Shown here: positions 1 to 13,129 of the stretch, one piece after another | Layout: every line of letters starts with the position of its first letter | How positions within the stretch are numbered: the stretch's first letter is position 1 | Origin: Camelus dromedarius | Lineage: Eukaryota | DNA: 64,000 nt | Assembly (NCBI RefSeq): GCF_036321535.1 | Contig: NC_087437.1 | Span: forward strand, 46,564,001 to 46,628,000 | Direction of reading: 5' to 3' | The notes under the pieces: generated by a model | Told to the model about the DNA's origin: nothing | Database searches by the model: none | The model's input: the letters and a program-made list of their open reading frames with translations, nothing else | Program-made: the position numbers and the translations under genes

Positions 1-1894
1 GTGGCGGCAGCCGCTAATGACTTGATGGCTTCAGCATTGTTTACTGATATGGTTTGCAGTATTTTTTGTTCACAAACTCATTCTGTGGGACTTCCTAGGC
101 TGCAGTCGTTCAAAGAGAGTGCACTACTATCCAAGATAGATTTTAGCCGAGCTTCTCATCCCGCAACACCAATGCATAACTTTGCAAATCATGCCTACGG
201 TAAAAAACGTCAAAGGAGCTTGCAGCTCATTTTCCCTTGCTTTGGTAATTTTTATTTTTTACTTTCTTGAACTCCAATAAATAAATAATTACCAAACAAA
301 CAGTGGAAGGGAAAGTCAGATTTGTTTTGTGTTAGCCATATGTTACCATTTAAGGTTTCCATGTGAGGAGCTGATGTTGGTTGGGAGCAGCACGCATGTG
401 ATTTTGCACAGACCATCACACGCTGAGTCCCGGTTCTGCTGGGGAGCCTCCGCTGCTCTTTGAAGCTCTGCTTCCTGCTTAGCAGAGTCACGCAAAGGCT
501 TTCTTTATCCCAGTTCCATCTCCACGACAATTAGAGTAGCCAGTTGGCCTGGGCACTAAAAGACTTGCGTGCTGATCAGGGCTCTCTACTCTGTTGAGAC
601 TAGGCCAAGTGCTGGGAGGGCCACGGTTCTCGGTCCTTTGCTGTCCTGAAGCTTGCTTTCTGGTGACGAGGGGCACAGCTGAGGCTAAGTGAAGTCAGAG
701 GGCAGGACTGTAAGAAAGTGACCCGCAACAGCTCCAGAGATATATTATGGGCAGAGGGACTTCCTGGTAGGAAAACGAAGAAAAGAAGATGAACTTACCG
801 ACTCTTCTCTGCAGGTTTTATTTACCTGTGCAATACTGTTTACTCCTCAGCACAACAATGTGACAGATGTGTGTTTAAAACCTTTTTTAAATTTAAAAAA
901 TAATACAAGTATAACTAAAAGTTAAAATCATGTTAGAGAATGTACATCGTACCTCACATTCTCCGTTGCCACCCCCAAGGCAACCAGAGCAAATGGTTTC
1001 TTCTATATTCTTCTGGTAATTTTCTAATTAAATATATGTGCATTTCTCTGTGAACACATCCTTTATTTTTATACAAATGGGGATACTTTAAAATAGCCTG
1101 TTCTGGACCTGACACTTTTCACTTAACAACATATCCCAAGGTAATTTCCATGACAATAAGTACATATGGCTTCACCTCTTTTTTTTTCAGTGGTTACACA
1201 GTTTTCGATATATGTTAGAATTTTGAAAGGATCCAAAAAATAGCACCCCTTTTTCCCTGCCCCCTGCCCTTAGGTTCTGAACAATTTGAGAACAAAACAA
1301 ATGAATAGCAATGGAGGCCACAGATTTAATTGTATTTCAGATAGAGGCCAGACCAGGGACTAGGGTTTTGTGTGACTAGTCAAGCAGACTTGTTAATACT
1401 GAACCTGCATATGTAGAACTCATCTGTGCAGCCTAGCATGGTTCCCAAAATGAAGAGTAAAGCTGAGCCAAGACATAACCCTTAGATATGTTATGCCACC
1501 TTCCCAGGGGTAGAGTGACTAAATGGCAGAAGGGAAGCCATTGGGATGCTTAAAAATCCCTTTCCATGGAAATCAGGAGTGGAGAGAAGGCACTCCTCTC
1601 TAGCAGTAAGAGCAAAACATCCTTAACTGAGCAAGTCCCCTGCTGATGGATGTTTAGGTTACTTCCATTCCTGCTCTTGGGCACACATGTTTGTCATTCT
1701 CTTTTTATACCAATGGGAACAGGTTACAGGAGGTTAAGTGTTCAGAGAGCGAGTGAGAGGCAGAGCCAGAACTCTGATTCACATCTGACATCAAGTCCAG
1801 GCTCTTTCCATTTTTCACAGTTCCTACTCCTCACTGAATTACTAACATCTGTCGAAACATCAGAGTCTATGAGTCAATTTTAGTTAAATCCTAT

Positions 1895-2065
1895 TAGTTC
1901 CTCACAATCCTCATGTGAGGTGACTGAGGCAGGAATTATGTTCTCCATTTTATAGAAAAGTAAACTAAGTTTCAGAGAGTTTGTTACTTCCTTACCTAGC
2001 ATCACTAGTTAATGGCGAGGTGTAAGACTCAACTTCCATTTTTCTCACTCCAGATTCCTTTCCTC
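1895..2065 (-). mobile_element. MIR SINE relic
   Basis: CCTCACAATCC...CTCCATTTTATAGAAAAGTAAACTAAGTTTCAGAGAG resembles the reverse complement of the MIR core; boundaries approximate. Confidence 0.7.
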
Positions 2066-2475
2066 CATCTTAGAGGGCCTTGACCCAGTCATGAAAAGTG
2101 GAGCACAGACCAAGAGGAGGGAGCAGTGTTCTCAAAGGCGTGTTGGTGGAAAAAGGCTCGAAGTGTTTGTTCTAAGAGTGGCCTCCTTCTAAAAGTGTTC
2201 TAAGAGTAATCTCCTTCTAATGTGTAGATCGTGCCCTTCCTAGGCATGCTTCTGTGTGGTCTGTGCATCAGAGCTGCCTGGGCAATGTTTACGATACAAA
2301 TGCCTGTGTCCCACCCAGTGAATGAAATCGAGAATTTTAACAAGGTACATAGGACATTCTGAGGGAAGATAGTCTACAAATCAAGGGTGGGAGAAGCCCT
2401 GCTTTAGGGACTTTTTTAAAAATTAAGTTTTGGGGGATACAGTGAATGACTCATAATAAGAGTTGCTTCTTGAGG

Positions 2476-2680
2476 TGGTGTGTTAATGTGGAAAGAACAT
2501 GAGCTTTGGAATTAGCTAAGCCTAAGCTGATTTCCTATTCCACCAGCATTAGCTGAGTCAGCTGGGGAAAGGGATGAACTCACTGAATCTCAGCCAGCTC
2601 ACGTACAGTGCAGCCTATTGTGAGGATTAAATGAGATCGTATATGAAAAAGCCTGCCCTTCAGTTCCGCCATAAGTATTA
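2476..2680 (+). mobile_element. MIR SINE relic
   Basis: GTGGAAAGAACATGAGCTTTGGAATTAG...TTGTGAGGATTAAATGAGATCGTATATGAAAAAGCCT follows MIR consensus order. Confidence 0.75.
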
Positions 2681-3719
2681 CTTCCTCTCCATTTCTTCTA
2701 GTATTTTTTCAGTCGTCTTCCCCACCTCCTCTGCCTGCGACCTCTTTGAAATGCAGCCGCTTTGTCTCCTTATCTTCCCATTGCTGTTGCTTAAAGTCTC
2801 TGCTACAGAAAAGAGCACAGATACCCAACAGGGCAAGGTTTACCTTAGTCAGTCTGCTGCATTGATGGGCCTTGTTACTTTACTTGTTCTATAAGATCCC
2901 TGGGATGAGATGAGCAAAGCAGAATTACTATGTCCCTTCTCAGAGGACATGTGCACTGACTCATAACAAAATGTTACATGAAAAAGGCTTGCATTGGAGT
3001 GGGATTTTGCTTGCATTCCCTAAATGTCTTGGAGTGAGCTGGGACTGCTGTAGGCAAGCTTCGGAGGTAGGCTCTTCTCATTTTTCCCGACACTTCCCTT
3101 CTCTCCATCTTGTCTACTCTGTGCTAGCGGGGCCCACCTGTGCAACTATCCAGGTGGGGATCTCTTCTCCCTCTTGCCTTGGCTTCACGTCTGGCACCTC
3201 CTGTGTCCTCTAACCTCAGCGTCCTCCTCTAAGAAGAGTATGGGGTTTAAAATAGCCTCCAAAGGGGGTTAGCATAACACCTGGATATGCTAATTGCACT
3301 TGTTTTGTGAAAGGAGGTTTTGCAAGTCCTAAAACAAAGTGAAGGAGAAAAATGGAAAATTTATGTATATTAATAGTTTTAGGATGGCAACAGGGGAGAG
3401 GGTGAGGTTCAGAGGAAACCAAGAACTGAGAGATTACATAACCTACTGATAGATGAGGTGCACTATAAACATAACCATCTTTAACTGGCTGAAAAGCAAG
3501 ATACATGAATAGAAAAAGACAAATATTCTTATGGAAACAATGTGAAGAAATATTTAAAACCACAATTGTACTAGAAATATCGTCCTAGAACTGATTGATA
3601 TGAAATTATACTTTCAATTTTGCAAACCTCAATGTGTAATTGATCTGAATTTTTATCTTATAGAAAATAATTCACTCACCATGAACAGTCATTTTAAAAG
3701 AAAAATAACAAAGAGAAAA

Positions 3720-4400
3720 TACATGTATAAAAATTACTTTTTTCTTATAACAAAAGTAATACACATTTGTAGTTGGATAGTTAGAAGACACGAGGAAAAG
3801 GAGAAAATAAAAAGCACAGTCGCCGGAGATAATCACTGTGTACATTTTGATGTATATATCTATTCATTGAGCAAACTTCAAGGATTCAAAAATGGAACCA
3901 TAATGTGCATACTTTCCTTTTGCTTAAAAACGTGGCACATGCCAGTACTTCTCAAACTTTAATGTGTGTGAGAATCATTTGCGGACTTGGTTAAAATGCA
4001 GATTCTGGTTCGGTAGGTCTGGGATGTGGCGTGGGACTCTGCATATCTCACAGCATCCTGAGAATGCCCATTACGCCAGTCCAGGGAGCAACTTTTGAAG
4101 AGTAGCAGGTGTATACACCATTCTGTGTCATACTGACCCTTACCGACATAATTTTAATTGCTCCAAGTATTCCATTCTACAGTGTATGTGATAACAGTGG
4201 CATAGTATGGCTAGTGAGGTTTATTCCTTTATTTTTATTATATTCTAGAAGATACTATGATCAGCATTAATAAAGAGAAATCTTAACACAGTTCTGTTAA
4301 GATATCTTTGAAGTGATTTCCTTAAAATGGAAATACTTCATCAAATTTATTCTGAATTTTAAGGCATTTCATACATATTGCCAACTAGCTTTTAGGGGAG
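3720..4400 (-). mobile_element. Old L1M-type 3' fragment interrupted by a MER5-type element
   Basis: Degenerate L1M 3' UTR phrases (TTATAACAAAAGTAATACACATT, AGTATTCCATT, TACATATTGCCAA) lie on both sides of the MER5A1. Confidence 0.5.
3943..4109. mobile_element. MER5A1-like hAT-Charlie MITE
   Basis: CAGTACTTCTCAAACTTTAATGTG...TTAAAATGCAGATTCTGGTTCGGTAGGTCTGGG...GAGTAGCAGG. Confidence 0.8.
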
Positions 4401-5054
4401 AAAAAAGCAATTTTGAAAAGTGCATGTTACCTAATTAGTTATATTACCCTGACCTGAAGTTTTTTGCAGCTTGTCCCCTTATCCTTTCCCTAGGGAGAAG
4501 TCGTTCTGTTTCCATGGTAACCCCATCACTTTCTCTTGTATCTTTCTCTGTATTCCATTACTGGTGTTTGCCGACAAGGGTGTCTGCCCCTAGCTGGCCA
4601 GTGTATCAGCTTTGGTGCTGAGCACCATGCTAGACACTCAGGAGATGATAGAATAGTGAACAGTCAAATGAAAGCATGTGTTTTTCAATATATAAATACT
4701 TCATAGAGCACTATAGTGGGGGCAGTATCAATTTCTTTTCTAACACATTAGATACTTTGACTACATATTAAAACCCAAACATGAAAAATTATTTGCTGCT
4801 TCTTATGGAAAATCACCCACAACAGCCTCTGGTGCTAAATGATTTCCTTTTATAAAGCAGCCCATGTCTGTGCCCAGATGGTTCCAGTTTCAAAACTGTG
4901 TGCATCAAAACCTGTGGGCCATTATCCTGCTCAACACTTTACTAACAGCATTATGTAGTAATTCCCATATAATATTTTGATATAATATTGCTCATGATAT
5001 AATAATGCTCATATAATATTTTGCAAATCTATCCCCTATGAATTGTATCCTTAT

Positions 5055-5201
5055 AGTTGTTCATCATGTTTTATTGCATTTCTTGATTTTTAGGAATATC
5101 ACATTCACTATTATTTATCTTGCTTATCAAGGTTTTTTGCACCCCTTTAAATTTTATACCCAAAGTGGGTGCCTCTCTTGCCTTACTTTAGTTCTGGCCC
5201 T
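5055..5201 (-). mobile_element. MER53-like hAT DNA transposon fragment
   Basis: Ends GCACCCCTTTAAATTTTATACCCAAAGTGGGTGCCTCTCTTGCCTTACTTTAGTTCTGGCCCT, resembling the reverse complement of the MER53 5' end. Confidence 0.55.
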
Positions 5202-6544
5202 CTAGGTTAACTGTAACTTAAGATTTTTGAGTGGGTAAGTGAAATTTGTAACTTAAAATTTGCACCCTTTGAAGTAATATCACTTAATCAAATAATATTT
5301 GCTTGATTTATCGCTTGTACATTTAATTATTTTTCTTCTAGGTGTTCCTGTCTAGTCAGGCACCTGTTCACATCACTGTACCTACAGGAATTGGGCTGGC
5401 AGGAATTGGGGCTTGCTTTCTATGGGCAACAAAAGAAGACATTTTTGAGATAGAGTTATTCATACTAATACTTACCTTTATCAATTCAGTGTTCTTCTTT
5501 TTGTTCAATTATTGATTCAAGAAATATGTTTTGACTCCTGTTGTACGATAGGTGCTATGATAGGTAAGTGTTACGTATGAAAAAAAGTAAAACATGATAC
5601 CTTCAAGTTGCTCCCCATTTGATAGTGGAGTCAGTCAGTCACCATAAGACAGAATTAGATCCAGGCTTTAAATGGGAGCAGAGAGGGAAGACAGAGACAC
5701 CTGGAATGCCTTGGTCATGCCTAAGATGTCTCTTCCAGGAGTGGGTTTTGTTCCCCACCTTTTTCCCTCCTTCTGTCTCTCTCTCTCCACCATTTACTAT
5801 ATAGCCAATATCCTGGGAGGACTTTAGATTCTTTGGCCAATGCTCATTTAATCTAAGTTAAGTTTTACAAAACAAAACCTGGAGTGTATTTGTATGAGCA
5901 GGAAGTAATGCTGTATTGAAGCCCATATGGCATTGTGCGTAGGTTGAGAATCACTATGTCTGCTGAATTATGTTATCACTGACTTCAGAGTTATCACTGA
6001 TGAGCAGCAGCTTTTGCCAGGAATAGTAAATCACATCCCACGATTTTATAAGAAATGGTATTATGGCTTTTCAAAGAACTCATTATTAATAGAAGGCACA
6101 AGTCATCACCCACACTATTTATAGGAAGGGTATAGGTTTATGTATTTGGGGGGGCAATTTTAATATGATTTCAAAATATTTATTGAATGTTCACTATGTG
6201 CCCAAATTTCTGTGTTTAAATAGCTTGGAATCCATTTGGGAAAAAGAGCTGTCCACAACCATCCAGAATTCACAGCTCAATGTTTAGTGTGTTTAGATCC
6301 AAGTAGCTTGGATAGGGAGAAATAATTCAATTCAAACTGATTAAGGGGCAGAAGAGAGGACTTTGCAAAGAAGAAGGCACTTGAGTTGGGCTTTCGTGGC
6401 TATGCAGGTTTGGTTTTGTCTTGTTTTGTTTTAGAAGGTGAAATAGGAAAAGGTATTCAATGTTAGGAAAATAGTGTGGGCACAAGAATCATGAAAACAA
6501 ATGCCAGTTCAGGGAACAGAGAAGTAATTCGGTGTTGCTGTGAG

Positions 6545-6728
6545 GAGTGCTTCTTAATCCTGTCTGCACACTGGAATCACCTGGGGAGTTTTAAGAATGC
6601 TGGTGCCTGAGTTTCACCCCCTCCTGAGAGATCCTGACTTAACTGGTCTTTAGGATGTCTTATGCACTGAGATTTTTAGAAGGTCCTCAAATTATTCTAA
6701 TGTACAGCCAAGGTTGAGAGCTTCTGCT
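6545..6728. mobile_element. MER5B-like hAT-Charlie MITE
   Basis: AGTGCTTCTTAATCCTGTCTGCACACTGGAATCACCTGGGGAG...TTCTAATGTACAGCCAAGGTTGAGAGCTTCTG with degenerate TIRs. Confidence 0.8.
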
Positions 6729-8139
6729 GTAGAGTAATATATTTAGGATGGTGCTGTGAGGCAGAAAACAAAAAAAGAAAATAAATCATATTTTCCTTGG
6801 GCTGAAATATCCTTGTGCTGCAATTCTTACAAAGAAGCACAGAGAATTTTTTTTTAAAAAATACGTGCCTAGTTAAGTCTATGTGCAAGAAGTTAAGAGT
6901 CAGGGATCTAATTTACATTTACAAATGAAAAAATGAGATAGTCAGAGGAGGCTTGTGACTATAGAAAGCTGTCAGGTCCCTAGAAGTCACCATGAGAAAG
7001 GACAGGGTTTGAGGTTAAGGAGAGAGGAATTTGATTAAGGAAGCAAGGAAATGTTAATGAAAAGAGCCAGTTTTTGGTTTTTCTGATGGCTATCTTGGGC
7101 TTGAATTCTGAATGTATGGAAATTTCACCTAAAAGTGCTCCTTTTATCCCTTTCCATCAATTACCAAGTATGTACATGGGATGGGTACACACAAGGGGAG
7201 TGAAGTGACTTGGTAGGTGGGCTTTTCTCAGATCAGATGGTGGCGAAGGACTGAATCACTATGATATCCCTTGTCAACCCATCAATCTCCCGGGATCAAG
7301 ACTTCTGGCATCTTGGGTGGTTCCTGCCTCCTCACCATGCAAGTCCTATCAATTCTGCCTCACAGTGGTTCCCACATTCTGTCAGGTGAAACAAAATGAA
7401 ACCTTCTCCTCCAAAAATTGGATAAATAAAAGTGCCCGCAGGAGAATCTTTATCTCCTAAAAGATAAATACCTCCAAGCCAGTATATCTTAACTTTTTAA
7501 AAAACTGTTTAAGCACTCAGCCATGCTCAAATCTGCTCATTCATGCCACGTTCGCCCCATTCCCCACCATAGTTGCAAGTCATCACACCCGACTGTGGAA
7601 TGTGTAAGGCCTGGAGGGCACCAAGCACAGTGCTGGATGTGTACTTACTACATGTTGATTGAAAATTACCCTACATGCTTCCCAGCACAGAATTCCTACT
7701 TTGTTTCCCTTTCTGCCTGTTGTTTCAGCATATGACCTCTGAGTAACACTTTGATCTGGGTCCCAAGATCTTGTTTCCATACACTTGTGGCATCTGATTA
7801 AAAGTCAAACCTATTTAACTTAATCTTCATTAGCTTTCTGTCTTTCCACATTCCATAGTATCCTCCTACTTCATTCCGGTTTCCAAAATAAAAGAAAAAT
7901 TTACTCGCTCTCTATTTTTTTCTGTAGTAAATACCTGCGCTCTAATGAGTGAGCTGGTCCTTGCAGGGAACATATCAACATCAACTAACTGATCTACCTC
8001 TGGTCTATCACTCAAGGGAACCATCTTATCTCCACACATAACGAGGTAACTTTGCCAGTCACAATAAAATGATACATGAACCATGACGCAGAAAGAATGA
8101 GCTTGCATCTAGCTTCTCCTTTTTACTTTCACTATTTCT

Positions 8140-8770
8140 CTCCAGGTCCTACTCAATACCTCTTTTCTAAAGAGGATAATTTCCTAATTTCCCAACTTCC
8201 TAATTTATCATGTCTTCCCTGTGCTTAAAATACATAACTGCAAGGTAAGTTTTTCTTAAACATAGTTGTGATAGTCATTTTCTTACTCAGAAATTTTCAG
8301 TGGCTCTCTGTTTCTAACTCAGATATGTCCATCTGACTTGGGTATTAATAGAAACCTCATTCTCTGGCCCAATTTTCCTTCCAGACTCTTATCTCACTGA
8401 CTTCTATTATGTAACACTCAGCCAAATGTGCCTACCTGGGTGTCCTTTTCATATGGCACATTCCTTCCTGTCACCTTGGCTTTATCTTTGCTACTTCTTT
8501 CTTATGAACTGATGCATTCCCATCAAGAACATTTACCCATCCTCAAGGGTGCAAAATCGCCTCTTTCATGAAGCATTCCCCAATTCCTGCAAATGAGCAT
8601 GATTCTTCCCTTTCTCTAATCTCTTCATTGAACTTTCTTTGTATTTCTTTCTGGTCTCTCAATCTGGCTTGCTGTATAAATACCTATAATTACCCTTCCT
8701 CAGTGGTAAGGGCCTTGAGGCTCTAGCACTGTGAATTGAACACAGTGGGCATGTCACAAGTATGAGCCAA
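8140..8770 (+). mobile_element. L2 LINE 3' relic
   Basis: Pyrimidine-rich degenerate L2 phrases (CTCAGAAATTTTCAGTGGCTC, CCTCTTTCATGAAGCATTCCCC, CTAGCACTGTG...CACAGTGGGCA). Confidence 0.55.
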
Positions 8771-10002
8771 GTTTCATTAAAGTGTAGTGAAAGATTAAGG
8801 ATGAGAGGAATGAGATGCATTCTCTTATATCTGAAATATTAAAAAGGAGGCCTGATGGGGAGGCCCAGGAATTATCTCCTTAATATTTAGAGGGCTTTTA
8901 TCTTTATAATTTTCATCGCTAAACTCTCTATTTTTTCCCTGCACTAGCCATCACCTTCCCACCTCCATAGACACACTCAGCACACACATACATGGGTATG
9001 GATGGGATTTTGTTCAGCATGAAAGATAAGCAGGATTAAATTCACTGTGATTACTCTGGGATGGGAAAAAAAAAGAACCTTAACATCATTTAGTTGCAAA
9101 TAGCATTTAATGAGGAAGAAAAAAATCATTAGCGTTTCTGTATAGCAAACAGTTATAATTCCTTTTACTATGCTACAAAACTTTGTGATGAAAAAAATTT
9201 TAAATATATTTTATGAATTAAAGGAGAAAAAAAATGTGTTCCAGTTACACCTGGTAGAATGTGAAATAAAAAGTAGTCTGGACATACCAAAAAACAAAAC
9301 AAAACAAAACAAAGATGAAGAAAAGGAAAAAAGCCTGAACAGCTTCTGTTCTCTACACAGCAAAACGATGAACATTTGAACATTTAGTGACATCTGGACA
9401 AAAAGAGGAAGCTGGAAAAACAATCTGTCTTTTGTGACACATTTTTGAGATGGATCCAAGGAGCAACTTTTAGGGACAAAATAGCAGATGAATGTTTATG
9501 TTGAACAAAGAGTGTTTTATCCCTCCTTTTGCAGAGCTGCAGCTCGGTAACTCCATCCCCTGTAATTGCTGGTACTCAACTCGCAGAAACACTCCACTGG
9601 TTGAGTGACGTGGCTCATCTGGAAGCTTCCCCTTGACAACTAACACTGCTACTGCTCATTGTGTTCCTTTTAATGAGAGTCCTAGTAAAAGCTGAGTGTC
9701 TTTGATGTGTAATGTTAACAACCGAAAATGTCATTTCTGATGTCTTCTGTAGTAAATAATGAAAGAGCTACAGGGACTTCCTTTAAGTTATCCTGGGTAA
9801 GTCAGTGATTCTCCTTTGTAGCTTTTTGTTATTGATAAAAACAAAAACAAACTAAATACTGAATTCACTATAGAAACGAAAAGTTCTTTTGCACGGTTCA
9901 GGTATCAAGGTGCCTAATGGGACCAGGAGAGAATGAAGAGTAAAACAAGACTGAATTTATAAGATGATTCTATTTTTTTTACCACCAGCCCATTAGCCTA
10001 TA

Positions 10003-10498
10003 CAGATCTTCCTTGACTTAATGATGAGATTATGTCCTGATAAACCCTTTTTAAACTGAAAATATCTTACGATGAAAATGCATTTAATATACCTAACTGA
10101 CTGAACATCACAGCTTAGCCTCACTCACCATAAAACATGCTCAGGACTTAGCATTAGCCGACAGTTGGGCAAAACCAGCTATCACAAAGCCTATTTTATA
10201 ATAAAGTGTCATGTAATTTGTTGAATACTGTATTGAAAGTGATAAACCGACTAGCTGTACGGGGACAGAATAGTTGTAAGTGTATGGGTTGTTTCCCCCA
10301 TCTCGCTGGCCGACCGGCGGGCAGGGCCGGGGGCTGCGGCTCGCTGCCCCTGCCCAGCATTAGGGAAGAGGATAGTACTGCATATAGCTAGCCCAGGAAA
10401 AAGATCAAAATTCAAATTACGGTTTCTACTGAATGCCTTCGCACCATCGTAGAATTAAAAAATAGGAAATCAAACCATCATAAATCGGCGACCAGCTA
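10003..10498 (+). mobile_element. MER47B/Tigger5b-like TcMar-Tigger element
   Basis: TA|CAGATCTTCCTTGACTTA start, internal GCATTTAATATACCTAAC and CACAAAGCCTATTTTATAATAAAGTG, end CCATCATAAATCGGCGACCAGCT. Confidence 0.85.
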
Positions 10499-10529
10499 TG
10501 CATACTTTAAAACTGTATGCCCTCCTGAT

Positions 10530-11130
10530 TAGCGCTTGTCTGCATTGACTCGAGTCCACTTGGATGGTGAGAATTACTACCACCGCCTCTATGCATCCCC
10601 GCCTCCCGCCTCACCCTCCGCAAATCTGCCCTCCACTCTGCCTCCGCAGCTGCCTCACAAAGCAGGTTGGGTCGCATCGTCTGTTAGAATCCTTCTGACG
10701 CTTTCTGCTCAGCAGGCCACACGAGGCCTGTGAAGGTCTCACCCTGCCCTCACTCTGGCCGTTTTCCCTCCTGCTGCCCTGGCATCAGTCATAGTCACGC
10801 TGGACAGTGTCCTGCTAACCTGCGATGCTCTCTTTGGCTTCTGTGTCTTCTCCTGAATGTTCCTCCCCTCCCCCCTTGCTCTTGGGCTGTTTGCTGCTCA
10901 ACCCTTCAGTCTCAGCCCATCCATCACCTCTTCAGAGTTGCCTCCTTGCTCTCCAACGTGGATACACAGCCTCTTGTGATGCTTCTCTTGTGGCTGTTAC
11001 CCCACCACGTCGTCACGTGGCACTTCCTGTCTCCCCAGATAGGCAGTGAACTCCGGGAGGACCATTGGCGATGCCTTTTTTTTTGTCTTTCTATCAACAT
11101 TTCCTGGGACAGGACCATTAACTAGGGAGG
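10530..11130 (+). mobile_element. L2 LINE 3' relic, unusually GC/CpG-rich
   Basis: CCTGAATGTTCCTCCCC...CCCTTCAGTCTCAGCCCA...ATCACCTCTTCAGAG...GTCTCCCCAGATAGGCAGTGAACTCCGGGAGG follows L2 3' order. Confidence 0.6.
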
Positions 11131-11819
11131 TGTTGATATGTGTTTGTTAAAATAAGCTCCATTCTAAATTTCTTAAAAGTAACTCGCATATTTTATACCA
11201 CATCCTCCCTTCCCCAATCATTCCTCTTTTATTTAAACTACCCTTTCTTCTGTACCCAATTCAAAACAAATAAAGGTGGTTTTTTTTTGTTTTTTTTTTT
11301 TCCACAAAACCATTCAGGAGGAATATATTCAACATGTTTATACAGGACATGAGACTACAAACCAGTCACTGTTTAGTTGATTTTGTTCATTTTTTCATAC
11401 ACAGCAAATATGGCTGAGCTCAGTAGCAGAACCATTCTGATCGGTTCATTTCAATTGTTACTTTTGATTAAACTGATTGGCACAGACCACACTCCATGGA
11501 GGGGTGATCAGAAAAACTGGTGCTATGGGTCTCTGGAGAAAAATAGACTAACTTTTTCAGTATATAATCTCAAGTTACCTTAAGAACGTTTTGGGAAATT
11601 TTTCTGTAGCTGAGTCTGCAGTCACAGTCCACAGTCCAGAGAGGAAATCACACGCTCGGACACTGTGCTCTGAGAAGCATTATTGATGGTGATGAAAATG
11701 TGCTCATAGAGAGCAATAAATCAGGGGCCGTTTGACCCACTTCATGAACTACACTCCGTGTTAGGTTTCTACAGTAAATACTTCTCCAGGTGTTCACTAC
11801 TGTTTCTCAGTCTCCAGGA

Positions 11820-11877
11820 CACACACATGCACATGTGCAGGTACACACACACACAACACACACACATACACACACAC
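11820..11877. repeat. Imperfect (CA)n microsatellite
   Basis: Interrupted CA runs, seen directly. Confidence 0.85.
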
Positions 11878-12609
11878 TCTCCAGCAAGATTTCAGTAGGA
11901 AATAATCCAGCCAAGAGAGATGGCTACAGTGAAAACAGAGATTTTATTTAATAAAAGCTCTGACTCTTACAGTCAGAAATGACACCAGAGAAAGCAGCTT
12001 GCCGTTTGGGTTAGTGCACCGTTAATTAAAAGGAAAACCTCTGCAGGTATTTTGAATACAAGTATTATTATAATCAACAGCTGCCTCATATGTAAGGCAA
12101 TAGAACTAATTCTTAGCAGTGAGTTAAGGTTGACAGATGAAGGAGCTAGATCTCAGATTCAATTAAGAAAAAGATAAGTAAGGCTTCATGTTTGTCACTG
12201 TTATGTCCTCGCTCTTGGTTAAGTTCTTTCCCTTCGGAGTCTTGGTTCCTTGAAGACAGACTTGAAAGTGTCTACAGCCACTGCACTGATACTGGTCAGA
12301 ATTCTGTTCCCATGTAAGTGGCTTTGTCTAGACTGGGACATTTGTTATTGGAAAAAAAAATGTGAACATGGCTCAAATATTGTTTTATTTGAGGCATAAT
12401 CTTTCTTGGAGTGGATCTATTTCAAAAGGGTTTTACTGAAGTATTGAAAGGATTCACTTTTAAGGCTGTCTGATCTTCCCTTGACGTGGCAGAGTTATGG
12501 AGAGCCTTTGATGAACGGAGCGCCCAGCAGCTGTGGGAGTGGAGAAGCATGGAGGGTCAGGGCTGGGCACAGAGACGGGCTTGGGAAGCAGCCAGAAGCT
12601 AATGTCTTA

Positions 12610-12835
12610 GGTACTGCCCGTGTTCCAGGCACAGGAAAGAGGGGTGTCACATGCTTTCTTTCATTTCACATAATTCTCACCCGAAGCTTGCAATGGAACC
12701 TGTCTTGTCCCCTTCTATATGCGAAGAAACAGAGGCTCCTGGCGATTGAGATTTGTTCACCCAGGCCATGCTTCGCAGAGGCAGGCTCCAATCCAAGTAC
12801 TCTGAAGCAGTGTTCTTCCTTCCATCCTACAACAT
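12610..12835 (-). mobile_element. MIR SINE relic
   Basis: GTGTTCCAGGCAC...TAATTCTCAC...CCCCTTCTATATGCGAAGAAACAGAGGCTC; a second, plus-strand MIR piece follows at about 12870-13000. Confidence 0.6.
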
Positions 12836-13129
12836 GTAGCGTTATCCACCCAAAGCTGGGGGTTTCCTGTATCTCTGACACTTAACACCTGGTGGCACTG
12901 AGCAAGTCACAGCACTGCCTCCTCTGTGTTCACTGTAGGGATGTGGTGATGACCCAACCAAATAGCACATGTCAGAAATCACTTGTAAATTACAAAGCAT
13001 CAAATGAATATAAAGACATATAGACGTATAGCCTTTGGCCCACATCTGAAGAATGGGATATCGAGAAAAAAGTAAAGCAGTTTGAGAGACACTGGTTTTG
13101 TGGTCTATGAACTTGCATTCACAGTTGCA

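Noticed and set aside
7928..8045. Exon-like segment with acceptor TTTTTCTGTAG and donor GAG|GTAACT
   Set aside because: All three plus-strand frames contain stops. A non-coding exon cannot be supported without transcript data.
12885..12899. CTCF-like ACACCTGGTGGCACT
   Set aside because: It mismatches the core AG position and lies in a MIR relic; a chance match is likely.
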